Assembly (NCBI GenBank): GCA_965660855.1
Contig: CBFIBM010000001.1
Coordinates: 96,001 to 160,000, forward strand
Direction: 5' to 3'
From: an uncultured bacterium
GTDB taxonomy: Bacteria; Fidelibacterota; Marinisomatia; Marinisomatales; UBA1611
DNA length: 64,000 bases
This document shows, piece by piece, positions 9,426 through 19,409 of the stretch. The notes beneath the pieces are model-generated. The model searched no databases. It saw nothing but the letters and a program-made list of their open reading frames with translations, and was not told the origin of the DNA. The number at the start of each line of letters is the position of its first letter. The first letter of the stretch is position 1. The position numbers were made by a program, and so were the translations under genes.

Positions 9426-11120
9426 ATGCCTAAAATAATAGAATGCGTGCCAAATTTTTCTGAAGGTAAAGATCAGATTAAAATAAATAAAATTATAGAT
9501 TCAATAAAATCTATAAAAGAGGTCATTATTTTAGATGTTGATCCTGGAAAAGATACAAATAGGACAGTTCTTACAATGGTTGGAGATCCAGATTCCATTT
9601 TAGAAGCTGCTTATATGGGAATAAAGACTGCATCAGAAATTATAGATATGACAACTCATTCTGGAACACATCCAAGAATTGGTGCAACAGACGTATGTCC
9701 TTTTATTCCTATTCAAGATGTGACAATTGAAGAATGCATTGAACTGACAAATAAATTAGCAAAAAGAGTCAGTGATGAGTTAAATATTCCAGTTTATTTA
9801 TATGAAAAATCAGCAAAGCTAAAAGAGAGAATTAAATTACCTAATATTAGAACTGGCGAGTATGAAGGCTTATCAGAAAAACTTTTAGATCCTGAATGGA
9901 AACCTGATTATGGTCCAAATGAACTAATCAATAAAGCAGGTGCAACTATTATTGGTTGTAGGGACTTTTTAATTGCTTATAATATTAACTTGAATACAAA
10001 AGATCACCGAATTGCAACGGATATTGCATTTGAGTTAAGAGAAGCTGGTAGAAGTAAGAGAATTCCTAATCCAAGATCAAAAAATTTATTGGATGGAGAG
10101 ATTGTAAGAAATGATGAAGGTAAGGCAGTTAAAATACCTGGATTATTTAAAGATGTCAAAGCAATTGGCTGGTATGTAGATTCATATAAAAGAGCTCAAA
10201 TTTCTATTAATTTTAATAATTATAAGGAATCATCGATTCATCACGTGTATGAAAAAGCTTGTGAATTAGCCATAGAGAGAGATGTCAGAGTGACAGGGAG
10301 CGAGTTAGTTGGACTGGTTCCTTTGGATGCAATTTTAAGTGCTGGCATGTATTTTTTAAGTAAACAAGGAAGAAGCTTAGGAGTTCCAGAAGAAGATATA
10401 ATCGAATGTGCTGTTCAAACCCTTGGTCTAAATGATGTAGCAAAATTTCATCCAAGAGAGAAAATAATAGATTATGTAGTTATTAAGGATAAAAATAAAT
10501 TAATTGATTATGACTTTTTTAATGAATTATCAAGAAATAGTCCTGCGCCCGGAGGTGGAAGTGTTTCGGCGCTTGTGGGAGCTTTGGGTGCATCTTTATC
10601 ATCAATGGTTGCATGCTTAACTCATGAAAAAAAAGGTAATATAGATCTCAAACCAGAAATGGATCAAATAGGGATGGATGCTCAAAATTTTCTAAGAAGA
10701 TTATTATTTCTTATTGATGAGGATACACATGCTTTTAATAGTGTAATTACATCAAATAGATTGCCATCGGAAAATAAAGATGAGAAGAAACATAAAATAA
10801 AAGAAGTTGAAAGTTCAAACAAATATGCTGCTGAGGTCCCACTCGAGACGGCAAAGTTGTGTTTACAAGTTATTCTATTATCTAATAAACTTATTAAATT
10901 AGGTAATCCAAATTCAGTTACAGATGCAAGCGTGGCAATTGAGGTTGCAGCTGCTGGAGTAAGAGGAGCATGTTTAAATGTAATGATTAATCTAAAAGAG
11001 ATTAAGGATAATTCATTTAAATTAGAAAAATCAAAAGAAGTTGCAAAAATCTTAAATGAAGTTGATAGAATAAAAAAAGAATCTTTTGATCAGACAATTA
11101 GAGTGATAAATAAATTATAA
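9426..11120 (+). CDS. ftcD: Bifunctional glutamate formimidoyltransferase/formimidoyltetrahydrofolate cyclodeaminase
   Basis: IECVPNFSEG, HPRIGATDVCPF, LIAYNINL, SELVGL and P.PGGGSVSA motifs. Confidence 0.95.
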   Translation: MPKIIECVPNFSEGKDQIKINKIIDSIKSIKEVIILDVDPGKDTNRTVLTMVGDPDSILEAAYMGIKTASEIIDMTTHSGTHPRIGATDVCPFIPIQDVTIEECIELTNKLAKRVSDELNIPVYLYEKSAKLKERIKLPNIRTGEYEGLSEKLLDPEWKPDYGPNELINKAGATIIGCRDFLIAYNINLNTKDHRIATDIAFELREAGRSKRIPNPRSKNLLDGEIVRNDEGKAVKIPGLFKDVKAIGWYVDSYKRAQISINFNNYKESSIHHVYEKACELAIERDVRVTGSELVGLVPLDAILSAGMYFLSKQGRSLGVPEEDIIECAVQTLGLNDVAKFHPREKIIDYVVIKDKNKLIDYDFFNELSRNSPAPGGGSVSALVGALGASLSSMVACLTHEKKGNIDLKPEMDQIGMDAQNFLRRLLFLIDEDTHAFNSVITSNRLPSENKDEKKHKIKEVESSNKYAAEVPLETAKLCLQVILLSNKLIKLGNPNSVTDASVAIEVAAAGVRGACLNVMINLKEIKDNSFKLEKSKEVAKILNEVDRIKKESFDQTIRVINKL

Positions 11121-11125
11121 TTTAT

Positions 11126-12907
11126 ATGATTCAACCTTTATCAGAAGACTTAAGAAATAAAATAGCTGCTGGTGAAGTAGTTGAAAATCCATCTTCGGTA
11201 GTTAAAGAATTAATAGAAAATAGCTTGGATGCTAAATCCTCTAAGATTTATGTAGTAATTGAAAAAGGCGGACAGGCTTTGATTCAGCTAAGGGATAATG
11301 GCAAAGGAATCCCAGGAGAAGAACTTCCCTCCGCTATTCTAAGATTTCATACAAGTAAAATTTCAACATTGGAAAATCTATTTTCAATCGAGACTCTTGG
11401 ATTTAGGGGCGAAGCGCTTTCTAGTATTGCATCAGTATCTGAGATGACTATTGTTTCAAGTTGTGGAGATAATTCTGGCTCTGAACTTAAAATCCAAAAT
11501 GGAAAAGCATCAGAAATCAAGCCAGCAGCAACCATAGATGGAACAGAAATAACAATAAAAAACCTTTTCTATAATACTCCAGCGAGGAGAAAATTTTTAA
11601 AAACACCCAGAACAGAATTGAGAAAAATAGTTGATGTTGTGCGAAGATATGGTCTTTCATTTCCAGATGTTGAATTTAGGTTGATTGCAGATAATAGGAT
11701 TGTTTTTCATGTCAAGTCAGAAACCCTTGAAGAGCGGATTGATCACTTGCTTGATCCAACTTATTCGAGAAATCTTTTACCTGTCAATATCATTAAAGGA
11801 GATTATTCCTTTTCAGGTTTTGTTGGAAACTTAAATCTCGTACGTACACGCCCAGGTGAACAATATATATTCTTAAATGGACGTTTTATTAAAGATAGAC
11901 TTCTCAATAGGGCAGTTTATAATGCTTATGAATCATTGGTAAAAAGGGGAGAATATCCTTTTTTTATAATTAATTTATCTATTCCACCAGAAGAGGCAGA
12001 TGTAAATGTTCACCCTATGAAAACAGAGGTTCGTTTTAAAGATGAATGGAGGATATTTAATATCTTAAAATCCGGTGTAATGGGTTCATTGAATAATATT
12101 TTAAATACCACACCTGAGTTTGATTCAACATTTCAGAATAAAGAATATCGAAAAAATAAGGATAATATTTTTGGTAAATTTGACTCAAATAAGAACTTTC
12201 AAAATTCTAGAAACCCAGATCAAAAAGCATTTGCGCTTAAAGTATCTGATTCAGTATATCCTGTTTACACAAATTTAGAAAGAGCAAAATCTTACGCTTC
12301 AAAGTTAGCTGAATCACCAATCGATGAATCAAATGAAATTGCAACTGAGAATATTTGGCAGATTCATAAAAAATATATTATTTCTGAAATTAATAGCGGC
12401 TTAGTAATAATTGATCAACATGTCGCGCACGAACGTATTTTATATGAGGAGGCAATCAAGGCATTTGAATCAACTTCAATGGCTTCTCAAACTATGTTGT
12501 TTCCAGAGGTTCTAGATTTTTCACCTGATGATTTTGATGCTCTTTTAGATGTATTACCTTATTTGCAAAAAATTGGTTTTAAAATAAAGAAAGAAGGTAC
12601 CTCTTCTGTAAAAATAGAAGCAATTCCATCAGAAATGTCTTTGGGAAATGAAAAAGATGTCATCCGTGAAATATTAGATAACTTCTTAAAAGAAAGGAAG
12701 CAATATAGCTCATTTCAGGAAGGACTCGCGGCAATGTTTGCTTGTAAGGCAGCAATTAAAGCTGGTGATTCACTAATGAAAGAAGAAATGCGAGAACTAG
12801 TCAATAGATTATTCGCAACAAAACATCCGTATTATTGTCCGCATGGAAGACCAATTATTGTTCAAATGTCACTGGATGAATTAGATGGACGATTTGAAAG
12901 GCATTAA
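11126..12907 (+). CDS. mutL: DNA mismatch repair protein MutL
   Basis: IAAGEVVE.P.SVVKEL.ENSLDA, GFRGEAL, DQH.AHER, ACK.AIK and CPHGRP motifs. Confidence 0.97.
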   Translation: MIQPLSEDLRNKIAAGEVVENPSSVVKELIENSLDAKSSKIYVVIEKGGQALIQLRDNGKGIPGEELPSAILRFHTSKISTLENLFSIETLGFRGEALSSIASVSEMTIVSSCGDNSGSELKIQNGKASEIKPAATIDGTEITIKNLFYNTPARRKFLKTPRTELRKIVDVVRRYGLSFPDVEFRLIADNRIVFHVKSETLEERIDHLLDPTYSRNLLPVNIIKGDYSFSGFVGNLNLVRTRPGEQYIFLNGRFIKDRLLNRAVYNAYESLVKRGEYPFFIINLSIPPEEADVNVHPMKTEVRFKDEWRIFNILKSGVMGSLNNILNTTPEFDSTFQNKEYRKNKDNIFGKFDSNKNFQNSRNPDQKAFALKVSDSVYPVYTNLERAKSYASKLAESPIDESNEIATENIWQIHKKYIISEINSGLVIIDQHVAHERILYEEAIKAFESTSMASQTMLFPEVLDFSPDDFDALLDVLPYLQKIGFKIKKEGTSSVKIEAIPSEMSLGNEKDVIREILDNFLKERKQYSSFQEGLAAMFACKAAIKAGDSLMKEEMRELVNRLFATKHPYYCPHGRPIIVQMSLDELDGRFERH

Positions 12908-12942
12908 GACACTATCTAATTATTATTAAAAGATGATTTTTT

Positions 12943-13896
12943 ATGATTCCAATAGAACAAATTCGATTAGATCATAATAGAATAAAACCATTTATCCATG
13001 ATACGATTGTATTAAAAAGTAATACCTTAAATAATCTTTCTGATTCATCATTATTTTTTAAATGTGAAAATTTTCAAAAATCAGGCTCATTTAAAATAAG
13101 AGGTGCTTCAAACACAATACTCCAAATAAAAAAAGAAAAGCTAAAAAGGGGTATAGTTACAGCCTCATCAGGTAATCATGGTGCAGCTATTGCTTTAATC
13201 TCAACAAAATTAGGTCTGAAATCAACTATTGTAATGCCAGAAAACACATCAAAAGTTAAAGTGAGTAATGTTATCAGAAATGGTGGAGAAATTGTTTGGT
13301 GTGATCCAAACCAAGATTCTAGAGATAAAGTATTGAATGATCTTATTCTTAAAACTAGAAAGATTCTTGTTCATCCTTATAATGATGAAAGAGTTATATC
13401 TGGTCAGGCAACAGTAGCTTTAGAATTTTTAGAAATGTATAAGGATTTAGATATATTAATCACACCTGTCAGTGGAGGTGGATTATTGAGTGGTACTATA
13501 TCTGCAGCAAAGCAATTAAATCATAATGTAAAAATTTATGGAGCTGAGCCATGGAATGCTGATGATGCTTTTCGGTCTTTGTTATCTGGAAAAATAGAAG
13601 GGAACATAGAGGCAAGCACAATTTGTGATGGATTAAGAGCAAAGCTAGGTGATAGAACATTCCCAATAATTAAGAAACATGTTGAATCTATTATTAGAGT
13701 TAAAGAAATTGATATTATTAAAGCGATGAAGCTTTCATGGCAATGTCTTAAAATTTTAATTGAACCTTCATGTGCGATTGCTTTAGCAGCTGTACTAAAA
13801 AACAAGAGTATATTTAAAAATAAAAAGGTAGGTATTATTATATCTGGAGGTAATGTTGATTTGGATAATCTACCGTGGATAAAAAGTAATGATTAG
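12943..13896 (+). CDS. PLP-dependent serine/threonine dehydratase or serine racemase family enzyme
   Basis: KCENFQKSGSFK.RGA, SSGNHG, GGGLLSG and ISGGNVD motifs; no ACT domain. Confidence 0.88.
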   Translation: MIPIEQIRLDHNRIKPFIHDTIVLKSNTLNNLSDSSLFFKCENFQKSGSFKIRGASNTILQIKKEKLKRGIVTASSGNHGAAIALISTKLGLKSTIVMPENTSKVKVSNVIRNGGEIVWCDPNQDSRDKVLNDLILKTRKILVHPYNDERVISGQATVALEFLEMYKDLDILITPVSGGGLLSGTISAAKQLNHNVKIYGAEPWNADDAFRSLLSGKIEGNIEASTICDGLRAKLGDRTFPIIKKHVESIIRVKEIDIIKAMKLSWQCLKILIEPSCAIALAAVLKNKSIFKNKKVGIIISGGNVDLDNLPWIKSND

Positions 13897-14812
13897 AGAG
13901 TATGATTGTTTTGCTTTAGTGGGACCTACTGCAAGTGGTAAAACATCAATATCTATAAAGATAGCAAAAAAAATAAATGGAGAAGTAATAGGTCTTGATT
14001 CTAGGCAAATATTTAAAGGAATGGAAATAGGAACAGCTCAACCAAGCATAGAAGAAATGGATGGAATAACACATCATTTAATTGGTTCATTAGATCCATG
14101 GATGAGAGTATCAGCTGGAGAATATGCAAGAAAGGTTTTTGAAAAGATTAAGATTATTAAAAATAAGGGAAAAGTTCCAATAATTTGTGGAGGAGCAGGG
14201 CTTTATTTTAGAGCGGTTGTAAAAGGCTTATTTGATGAAAGTAGTACAGACCTTTTGTTGAGAGAAAAACTTGAGATTGAATATGATTTTAACCCTCAAG
14301 TTTTATTAGAAAAATTAAATAAAATTGACCCTGAATATTCAAAAATAGTTCATATTAATAATAAAAAGAGGTTAGTTCGTGCTTTAGAAATTTATAAAAT
14401 TACAGGGAAGACACCCTCTGAACACTATAAAAATCAAAAAATAAATAATAAATTAAATATTTTTACGATTTATCTAGATTGGAATAGGGAAGAATTGAAC
14501 CATCGAATAATCAAAAGAACTAAAAATATGATCTCTGAAGGTTGGTTTGATGAAGTAAATAAACTTAACCTAATGAAAAAGGATATTACTGGTTTGGATT
14601 CAATAGGTTACCATGAAATAAACCTTTTTTTAAAGGGTGAAATTGATAAAAATCAATTAGAGGAAAAAATTATTATTGGAACTAGGCAATTTGCTAAGAG
14701 ACAAATGCAATGGTTCGCAAAAGAGAAGCTTGACTTAGTAATTTCAATGAACCAATTAAAAGAAAGTGAAATAATAAAAATATTACATTGCATTATGGTC
14801 TCAAATAAATAA
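13889..14812 (+). CDS. miaA: tRNA dimethylallyltransferase
   Basis: GPTASGKT, DSRQ..GM.IGTA, R..RALE, IGY.E and TRQFAKRQ..WF motifs. Confidence 0.95.
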   Translation: MIREYDCFALVGPTASGKTSISIKIAKKINGEVIGLDSRQIFKGMEIGTAQPSIEEMDGITHHLIGSLDPWMRVSAGEYARKVFEKIKIIKNKGKVPIICGGAGLYFRAVVKGLFDESSTDLLLREKLEIEYDFNPQVLLEKLNKIDPEYSKIVHINNKKRLVRALEIYKITGKTPSEHYKNQKINNKLNIFTIYLDWNREELNHRIIKRTKNMISEGWFDEVNKLNLMKKDITGLDSIGYHEINLFLKGEIDKNQLEEKIIIGTRQFAKRQMQWFAKEKLDLVISMNQLKESEIIKILHCIMVSNK

Positions 14813-14830
14813 TTTTTAATATAATATTTA

Positions 14831-14861
14831 CCTTTAAATTTGTACAGTGATACAAAAAAGG
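14831..14861 (+). promoter_or_regulatory. PyrR-binding RNA element (anti-antiterminator)
   Basis: CCTTTAAA-TTTGTA-CAGTGA-TACAAA-AAAGG: CNGNGA loop on a stem with CCUUUAA/AAGG flanks, directly upstream of pyrR. Confidence 0.75.
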
Positions 14862-14871
14862 CAAAATTTCT

Positions 14872-14912
14872 AACCTTCAACAGAGTAGGGGCTTTGCTGA
14901 AGGTTTTTTTTT
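14872..14912 (+). terminator. Attenuator terminator in the pyrR leader
   Basis: AACCTTCAaCAGAG...CTTTGcTGAAGGTT followed by a T-run. Confidence 0.8.
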
Positions 14913-14922
14913 GAGGAATAAT

Positions 14923-15456
14923 TTGAAAGAAAAAATAATACTAGAATCAAGTTCAATAGATAAAACGCTCAATAGGCTTAGTCATGAAATTTTAGAAAAC
15001 TCTATGGATCTTGATCAACTTGTACTAATTGGAATACATAATCGAGGGGTTCCTTTAGCTAAAAGATTAAAAGATAAGATTGAAAAAATAAGTGGAAGTA
15101 CATACAAAAATGGTGCTATTGATATATCATTTCACCGTGACGACTATAGGGAAAGATTAAGTGTCCCTGAAGTTCGAGGATCAGATATATCTTTTAATTT
15201 AGATGGTAAAGTTGTTATTCTAATTGATGATGTACTATATACGGGTCGTACCATAAGAGCGGCTATTGAAGAATTAAATAGTTTTGGTAGAGCTCTTAAA
15301 ATTCAATTAGCCGTACTAGTTGATAGAGGACATAGAGAATTACCCATAAAAGCTGATTACGTTGGGAAAAATATACCGACTCATGAAGGAGAGCATGTGA
15401 ATGTTTTTTTAAATGAGGTGGATGGCAAGGAATATGTCTCATTGATAAAAGGTTAA
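14923..15456 (+). CDS. pyrR: Bifunctional pyr operon regulator/UPRTase PyrR
   Basis: R..HEI.E, GI..RG.PLA, VILIDDVLYTGRTIRAA and DRGHRELPI.ADYVGKN motifs; TTG at 14923 follows GAGGA. Confidence 0.95.
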   Translation: MKEKIILESSSIDKTLNRLSHEILENSMDLDQLVLIGIHNRGVPLAKRLKDKIEKISGSTYKNGAIDISFHRDDYRERLSVPEVRGSDISFNLDGKVVILIDDVLYTGRTIRAAIEELNSFGRALKIQLAVLVDRGHRELPIKADYVGKNIPTHEGEHVNVFLNEVDGKEYVSLIKG

Positions 15457-15468
15457 AAATTAAAAAGA

Positions 15469-16404
15469 ATGCTTAAAAACAAACATTTACTAGGTTTAAA
15501 GGATTATCCAGGCGAGGATATCCAAAAAATAATAGATACAGCCTATCACTTTAAAACTGTATTGCAGAGACCTATTAAAAAAGTACCCTCTCTTCAAGGT
15601 ATTACAATTGTTAATTTATTTTTTGAAAATTCTACTAGAACTAAAATAAGTTTTGAATTAGCTCAAAAAAGATTGAGTGCTGATACAGTTAATTTTTCGG
15701 CGTCATCTAGTAGTCTAAAAAAAGGTGAGAGTTTTAAAGATACAGCACAAAATATTGAGGCAATGAAAATTGATGCGGTTGTAATGCGTCATCCAACACC
15801 TGGTGCCCCAATTCATCTTACAAAATTTATTGATTCAATCATAATTAATGCTGGTGATGGAACTCATGAACACCCAACTCAAGCAATATTGGATATGATG
15901 AGTCTTCATGAAAAATTTGGAAAAATAAAGGGTCTTAAGGTTGCAATTATTGGCGATATATTACATAGCAGAGTTGCATTGAGTAATATCTATGGTTTAT
16001 TGACAATGGGAGCAGAAGTTACACTTTGTGGTCCTTCTAACTTGATTCCACAAAAACTGTTAGAGTTAGGTGTTAAAATTAGTTATAAAATTGATGAAGT
16101 ACTTGATTGGGCTGATGCGATAAATGTACTTAGAATACAAAGAGAGCGAATGGGGAAAAGTTTAGTGCCATCTGTTAGAGAGTATCGAAAAATGTTTGGT
16201 ATAACAACAAGTAAAATAGAATCTTTAAAAAAAGAAATTGTAATTATGCATCCTGGCCCCATGAATAGGGGAGTGGAGATAGATAGTAGTGTAGCTGATA
16301 GTGACCAAGCAATTATTCTAGATCAAGTCTTAAATGGTGTTGCTTCAAGAATGTCAATTTTATATCTTCTTTGTGGTGGTAAAAATTCAGATGGGGAAAG
16401 CTAA
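15469..16404 (+). CDS. pyrB: Aspartate carbamoyltransferase catalytic subunit
   Basis: FFENSTRT, NAGDG.HEHPTQ, GDILHSRVA and HPGPMNRGVEI motifs. Confidence 0.97.
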   Translation: MLKNKHLLGLKDYPGEDIQKIIDTAYHFKTVLQRPIKKVPSLQGITIVNLFFENSTRTKISFELAQKRLSADTVNFSASSSSLKKGESFKDTAQNIEAMKIDAVVMRHPTPGAPIHLTKFIDSIIINAGDGTHEHPTQAILDMMSLHEKFGKIKGLKVAIIGDILHSRVALSNIYGLLTMGAEVTLCGPSNLIPQKLLELGVKISYKIDEVLDWADAINVLRIQRERMGKSLVPSVREYRKMFGITTSKIESLKKEIVIMHPGPMNRGVEIDSSVADSDQAIILDQVLNGVASRMSILYLLCGGKNSDGES

Positions 16405-17696
16405 TGTCATTGAAAAAGCTTGGGGAAAATGTTTTATTAGAAAATGGACTAATAATAGATCCATTTAATGAGAGAGAATTTTTTGGAAGTATTTTAATCA
16501 AAAATGGTAAGATAAATCAAATTGGAAAAGTTTTAAATAATGAAAAGGTTCAAAAAATAGATTGCTCTGGAAAGATAATTACTCATGGATTTTGTGATGT
16601 ACATGTCCATTTTAGGGAACCAGGAAGAGAGGATAAAGAGACACTTAAAACTGGTACTGGTTCAGCTTTAGCTGGAGGGTTCACAAGGGTTTGTGTTATG
16701 CCAAACACAAATCCACCTCTTGACTCTCCTGAATCAATAAACTTTATTTTAGAAAAATCAAAAAGTTTACCAATATACATACATCCTATTGGAGCTGTTT
16801 CAGCAAATCAAAATGGGAAAGAATTGACCGAGATGGCTCTAATGAAAGAAGAGGGCGCGGTTGCATTTAGTGATGATGGATTACCAATCCAAGATGGTTC
16901 TTTAATGAGGACTGCATTGGAATATTCTAATTTAATTGAGGTGCCAATTATAAATCATGCTGAAGATGAATGTTTAAGGTCAAAAGGGCTAATGAATGAG
17001 GGAATTGTTTCTGCTGAATTAGGACTTGATGGGAATATAGATCTAGCAGAATCTACTATGGTTCATAGGGATATTGAGCTAGCAACATATACAAAAGCAA
17101 GGCTCCATGTACCCCATGTTAGCTCATCTAAGTCTCTAGAGCATATTAGAAAAATTAAATTATCAAATAAAAAAATAACGGCAGAAGTGACTCCTCATCA
17201 TTTATATTTTAACGAAGAAGCAATACGTAATTTTGATACAAACTTTAAAGTAGGCCCCCCAATCAGAACTGAGGAAGATAGACTCGATTTAATTGCTGCG
17301 ATAAAAGATGGAACAATTGATTGCATTGCTACAGATCATGCACCTCATACGGTTGAAGATAAAGAAACAACATTTGATTTAGCTTCTTTTGGGATGATTG
17401 GATTAGAATCATGTTTTGGAGCAGTAAATAAAGTTTTAGTAAAACAAAATAATTTACCGTTAATAGATTTAATTAAGCTTCTTACCATCAATCCACGAAA
17501 TGTGATGAATTTTAATTCTGACTTATTTAAAATTGGAACCGAAGCAGAAATAACAATTTTAGACCCTGATAAAGTATGTGTTTTTGGGAAGGAGCACATT
17601 AAATCTCGCTCTTCAAATACACCATTTATTGGAGAAGAATTGGTAGGTGAAGTTCTTTATACTATTTCCAAAAACAGAATCTATGAATCTATTTAA
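16404..17696 (+). CDS. pyrC: Dihydroorotase
   Basis: DVHVHFREPG, MPNT.P, EVTPHH and ATDHAPH motifs; lies in the pyr operon. Confidence 0.95.
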   Translation: MSLKKLGENVLLENGLIIDPFNEREFFGSILIKNGKINQIGKVLNNEKVQKIDCSGKIITHGFCDVHVHFREPGREDKETLKTGTGSALAGGFTRVCVMPNTNPPLDSPESINFILEKSKSLPIYIHPIGAVSANQNGKELTEMALMKEEGAVAFSDDGLPIQDGSLMRTALEYSNLIEVPIINHAEDECLRSKGLMNEGIVSAELGLDGNIDLAESTMVHRDIELATYTKARLHVPHVSSSKSLEHIRKIKLSNKKITAEVTPHHLYFNEEAIRNFDTNFKVGPPIRTEEDRLDLIAAIKDGTIDCIATDHAPHTVEDKETTFDLASFGMIGLESCFGAVNKVLVKQNNLPLIDLIKLLTINPRNVMNFNSDLFKIGTEAEITILDPDKVCVFGKEHIKSRSSNTPFIGEELVGEVLYTISKNRIYESI

Positions 17697-17717
17697 ATTT
17701 TTATTGCGTAATATCAG

Positions 17718-17747
17718 TTGACATAGTCAATGTCGGAAGAGTAATAT
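17718..17747 (+). promoter_or_regulatory. Probable sigma70 promoter of rplM-rpsI
   Basis: TTGACA-N18-TAATAT ending 31 nt upstream of the rplM start. Confidence 0.55.
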
Positions 17748-17778
17748 TCGAGGCTTTATTCGATTTGAAAAATTAAAA

Positions 17779-18207
17779 ATGAAAACTATATCTTTAAAAA
17801 AATCTGAAATTCAAAAAAATTGGTGGATTGTTGACGCCAAAGGTGCAGTCCTTGGTAGGCTTGCTTCCGAAGTAGCACAAATACTTAGAGGAAAGCACAA
17901 GACGAATTTTACACCGCATTTAGACATGGGTGATTGTGTAATCGTAATAAATGCAGAGAAAATAGAAGTAACTGGAAACAAGGAAAAAGATAAAAAATAC
18001 TTTTCACACACAGGTTATCCTGGAGGTGGTAAAGAGACGAGTCTTGAAGATCTTAGACAATCAAAACCAGAAGAAATTATACAAAAAGCAGTCAAGGGTA
18101 TGTTACCGCACAACAAGCTGGGTAGATCAATATTATCTCATCTGAAAATTTATGTTGGATCTGAACACCCTCATCTAGCTCAAAACCCTCAAGATTTAAA
18201 AATATAA
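17779..18207 (+). CDS. rplM: 50S ribosomal protein L13
   Basis: W.IVDA...LGRLAS, RGKHK..FTPH.D.GD and GMLP motifs. Confidence 0.98.
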   Translation: MKTISLKKSEIQKNWWIVDAKGAVLGRLASEVAQILRGKHKTNFTPHLDMGDCVIVINAEKIEVTGNKEKDKKYFSHTGYPGGGKETSLEDLRQSKPEEIIQKAVKGMLPHNKLGRSILSHLKIYVGSEHPHLAQNPQDLKI

Positions 18208-18221
18208 AGAAAAATATATAT

Positions 18222-18614
18222 ATGTCTGAAAATAAATATTATGGTACAGGTAGAAGAAAACGATCAATTGCTCGTGTTTTTATGGTAGCAGGAAAAGGAA
18301 ACATCATTATTAATGGTCAACCATTCAAAGACTATCTATGCAGAGATACACTGGGGACAATAGTAATGCAGCCGCTCAATGCTACAGAACAAGAAAAATC
18401 CTTTGATATAGATATTAATGTGAATGGTGGTGGACTAACTGGTCAAGCTGGTGCAATTAGATTAGGAATAGCAAGAGCTCTACTAAAGGTTAATGACGAT
18501 TATAGGACAATTTTAAAATCACGTGGATTCCTTACGCGAGACGCAAGAAAAGTCGAACGTAAAAAGCCAGGACAGCCTGGAGCACGTAAAAACTTTCAAT
18601 TTTCAAAAAGATAA
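18222..18614 (+). CDS. rpsI: 30S ribosomal protein S9
   Basis: GTGRRK, GGG.TGQAGAIR and C-terminal QFSKR. Confidence 0.98.
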   Translation: MSENKYYGTGRRKRSIARVFMVAGKGNIIINGQPFKDYLCRDTLGTIVMQPLNATEQEKSFDIDINVNGGGLTGQAGAIRLGIARALLKVNDDYRTILKSRGFLTRDARKVERKKPGQPGARKNFQFSKR

Positions 18615-18621
18615 AAACATT

Positions 18622-19407
18622 ATGCCAGAAGTAAAATTTGATGATTTATTAGGAACAGGGGCTCACTTTGGACATGTAACAAGGAAGTGGAACCCTAATT
18701 TTAAACCATACATTCTGCTAGAAAAAAATGGTGTTCATATTATCAATCTAGAAGAAACGATAAAATCAATTCATGAAGCAAAAAATTATGTAAAAAATAT
18801 CGTTAGCAAGAATGGTGAAATCTTATTTGTAGGAACAAAAAAACAAGCTCAAGATATTGTGCAGCAAGAAGCAGATAGGTGCTCTATGTTTTACATAGTA
18901 GAGCGTTGGCTAGGCGGTACACTTACAAATTTTTCTACAATTAAAAAAAGTATCAAACGTCTCAAACAATTAGAGAAAGAAGGTTCTAACCTATACGAAA
19001 ACATGACAAAGAAAGAGATGCAGATGTTAAATCGTGAAAAAGTTAAATTATCTGATCAACATCGCGGTATCAAAGATATGCGTCGATTACCTGACGCACT
19101 TGTTGTTGTAGATGCGCAATATGAAGATACGGCAATTAAAGAGGCAAAAAGACTTGATATTCCTGTAATAGCAATTGTAGATAGCAATACTGATCCAAAT
19201 AAAGTTGACTTCGCAATACCCGCTAACGATGATTCTATGAGAACTATTCAACTCATTATTGCTTCTCTTGCAGACACAATCATTGAGGCTAAATCATCTG
19301 GAAAAGATGTAGAAAAAAGCAAAGATGAATCTGCAAAAGATGTAAAGCAAAGTACAGGTAAAGAGTCAGAAAATTCTAAAATTATTTCAGAAAAGGATAA
19401 AGTTTAA
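18622..19407 (+). CDS. rpsB: 30S ribosomal protein S2
   Basis: GAHFGH..RKWNP, RWLGGTLTN and PANDD motifs; start at ATG 18622 (MPEV). Confidence 0.97.
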   Translation: MPEVKFDDLLGTGAHFGHVTRKWNPNFKPYILLEKNGVHIINLEETIKSIHEAKNYVKNIVSKNGEILFVGTKKQAQDIVQQEADRCSMFYIVERWLGGTLTNFSTIKKSIKRLKQLEKEGSNLYENMTKKEMQMLNREKVKLSDQHRGIKDMRRLPDALVVVDAQYEDTAIKEAKRLDIPVIAIVDSNTDPNKVDFAIPANDDSMRTIQLIIASLADTIIEAKSSGKDVEKSKDESAKDVKQSTGKESENSKIISEKDKV

Positions 19408-19409
19408 CA

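Noticed and set aside
18523..18621. N-terminal extension of rpsB overlapping rpsI
   Set aside because: The S2 homology starts at ATG 18622; the extension is just an open frame over rpsI.
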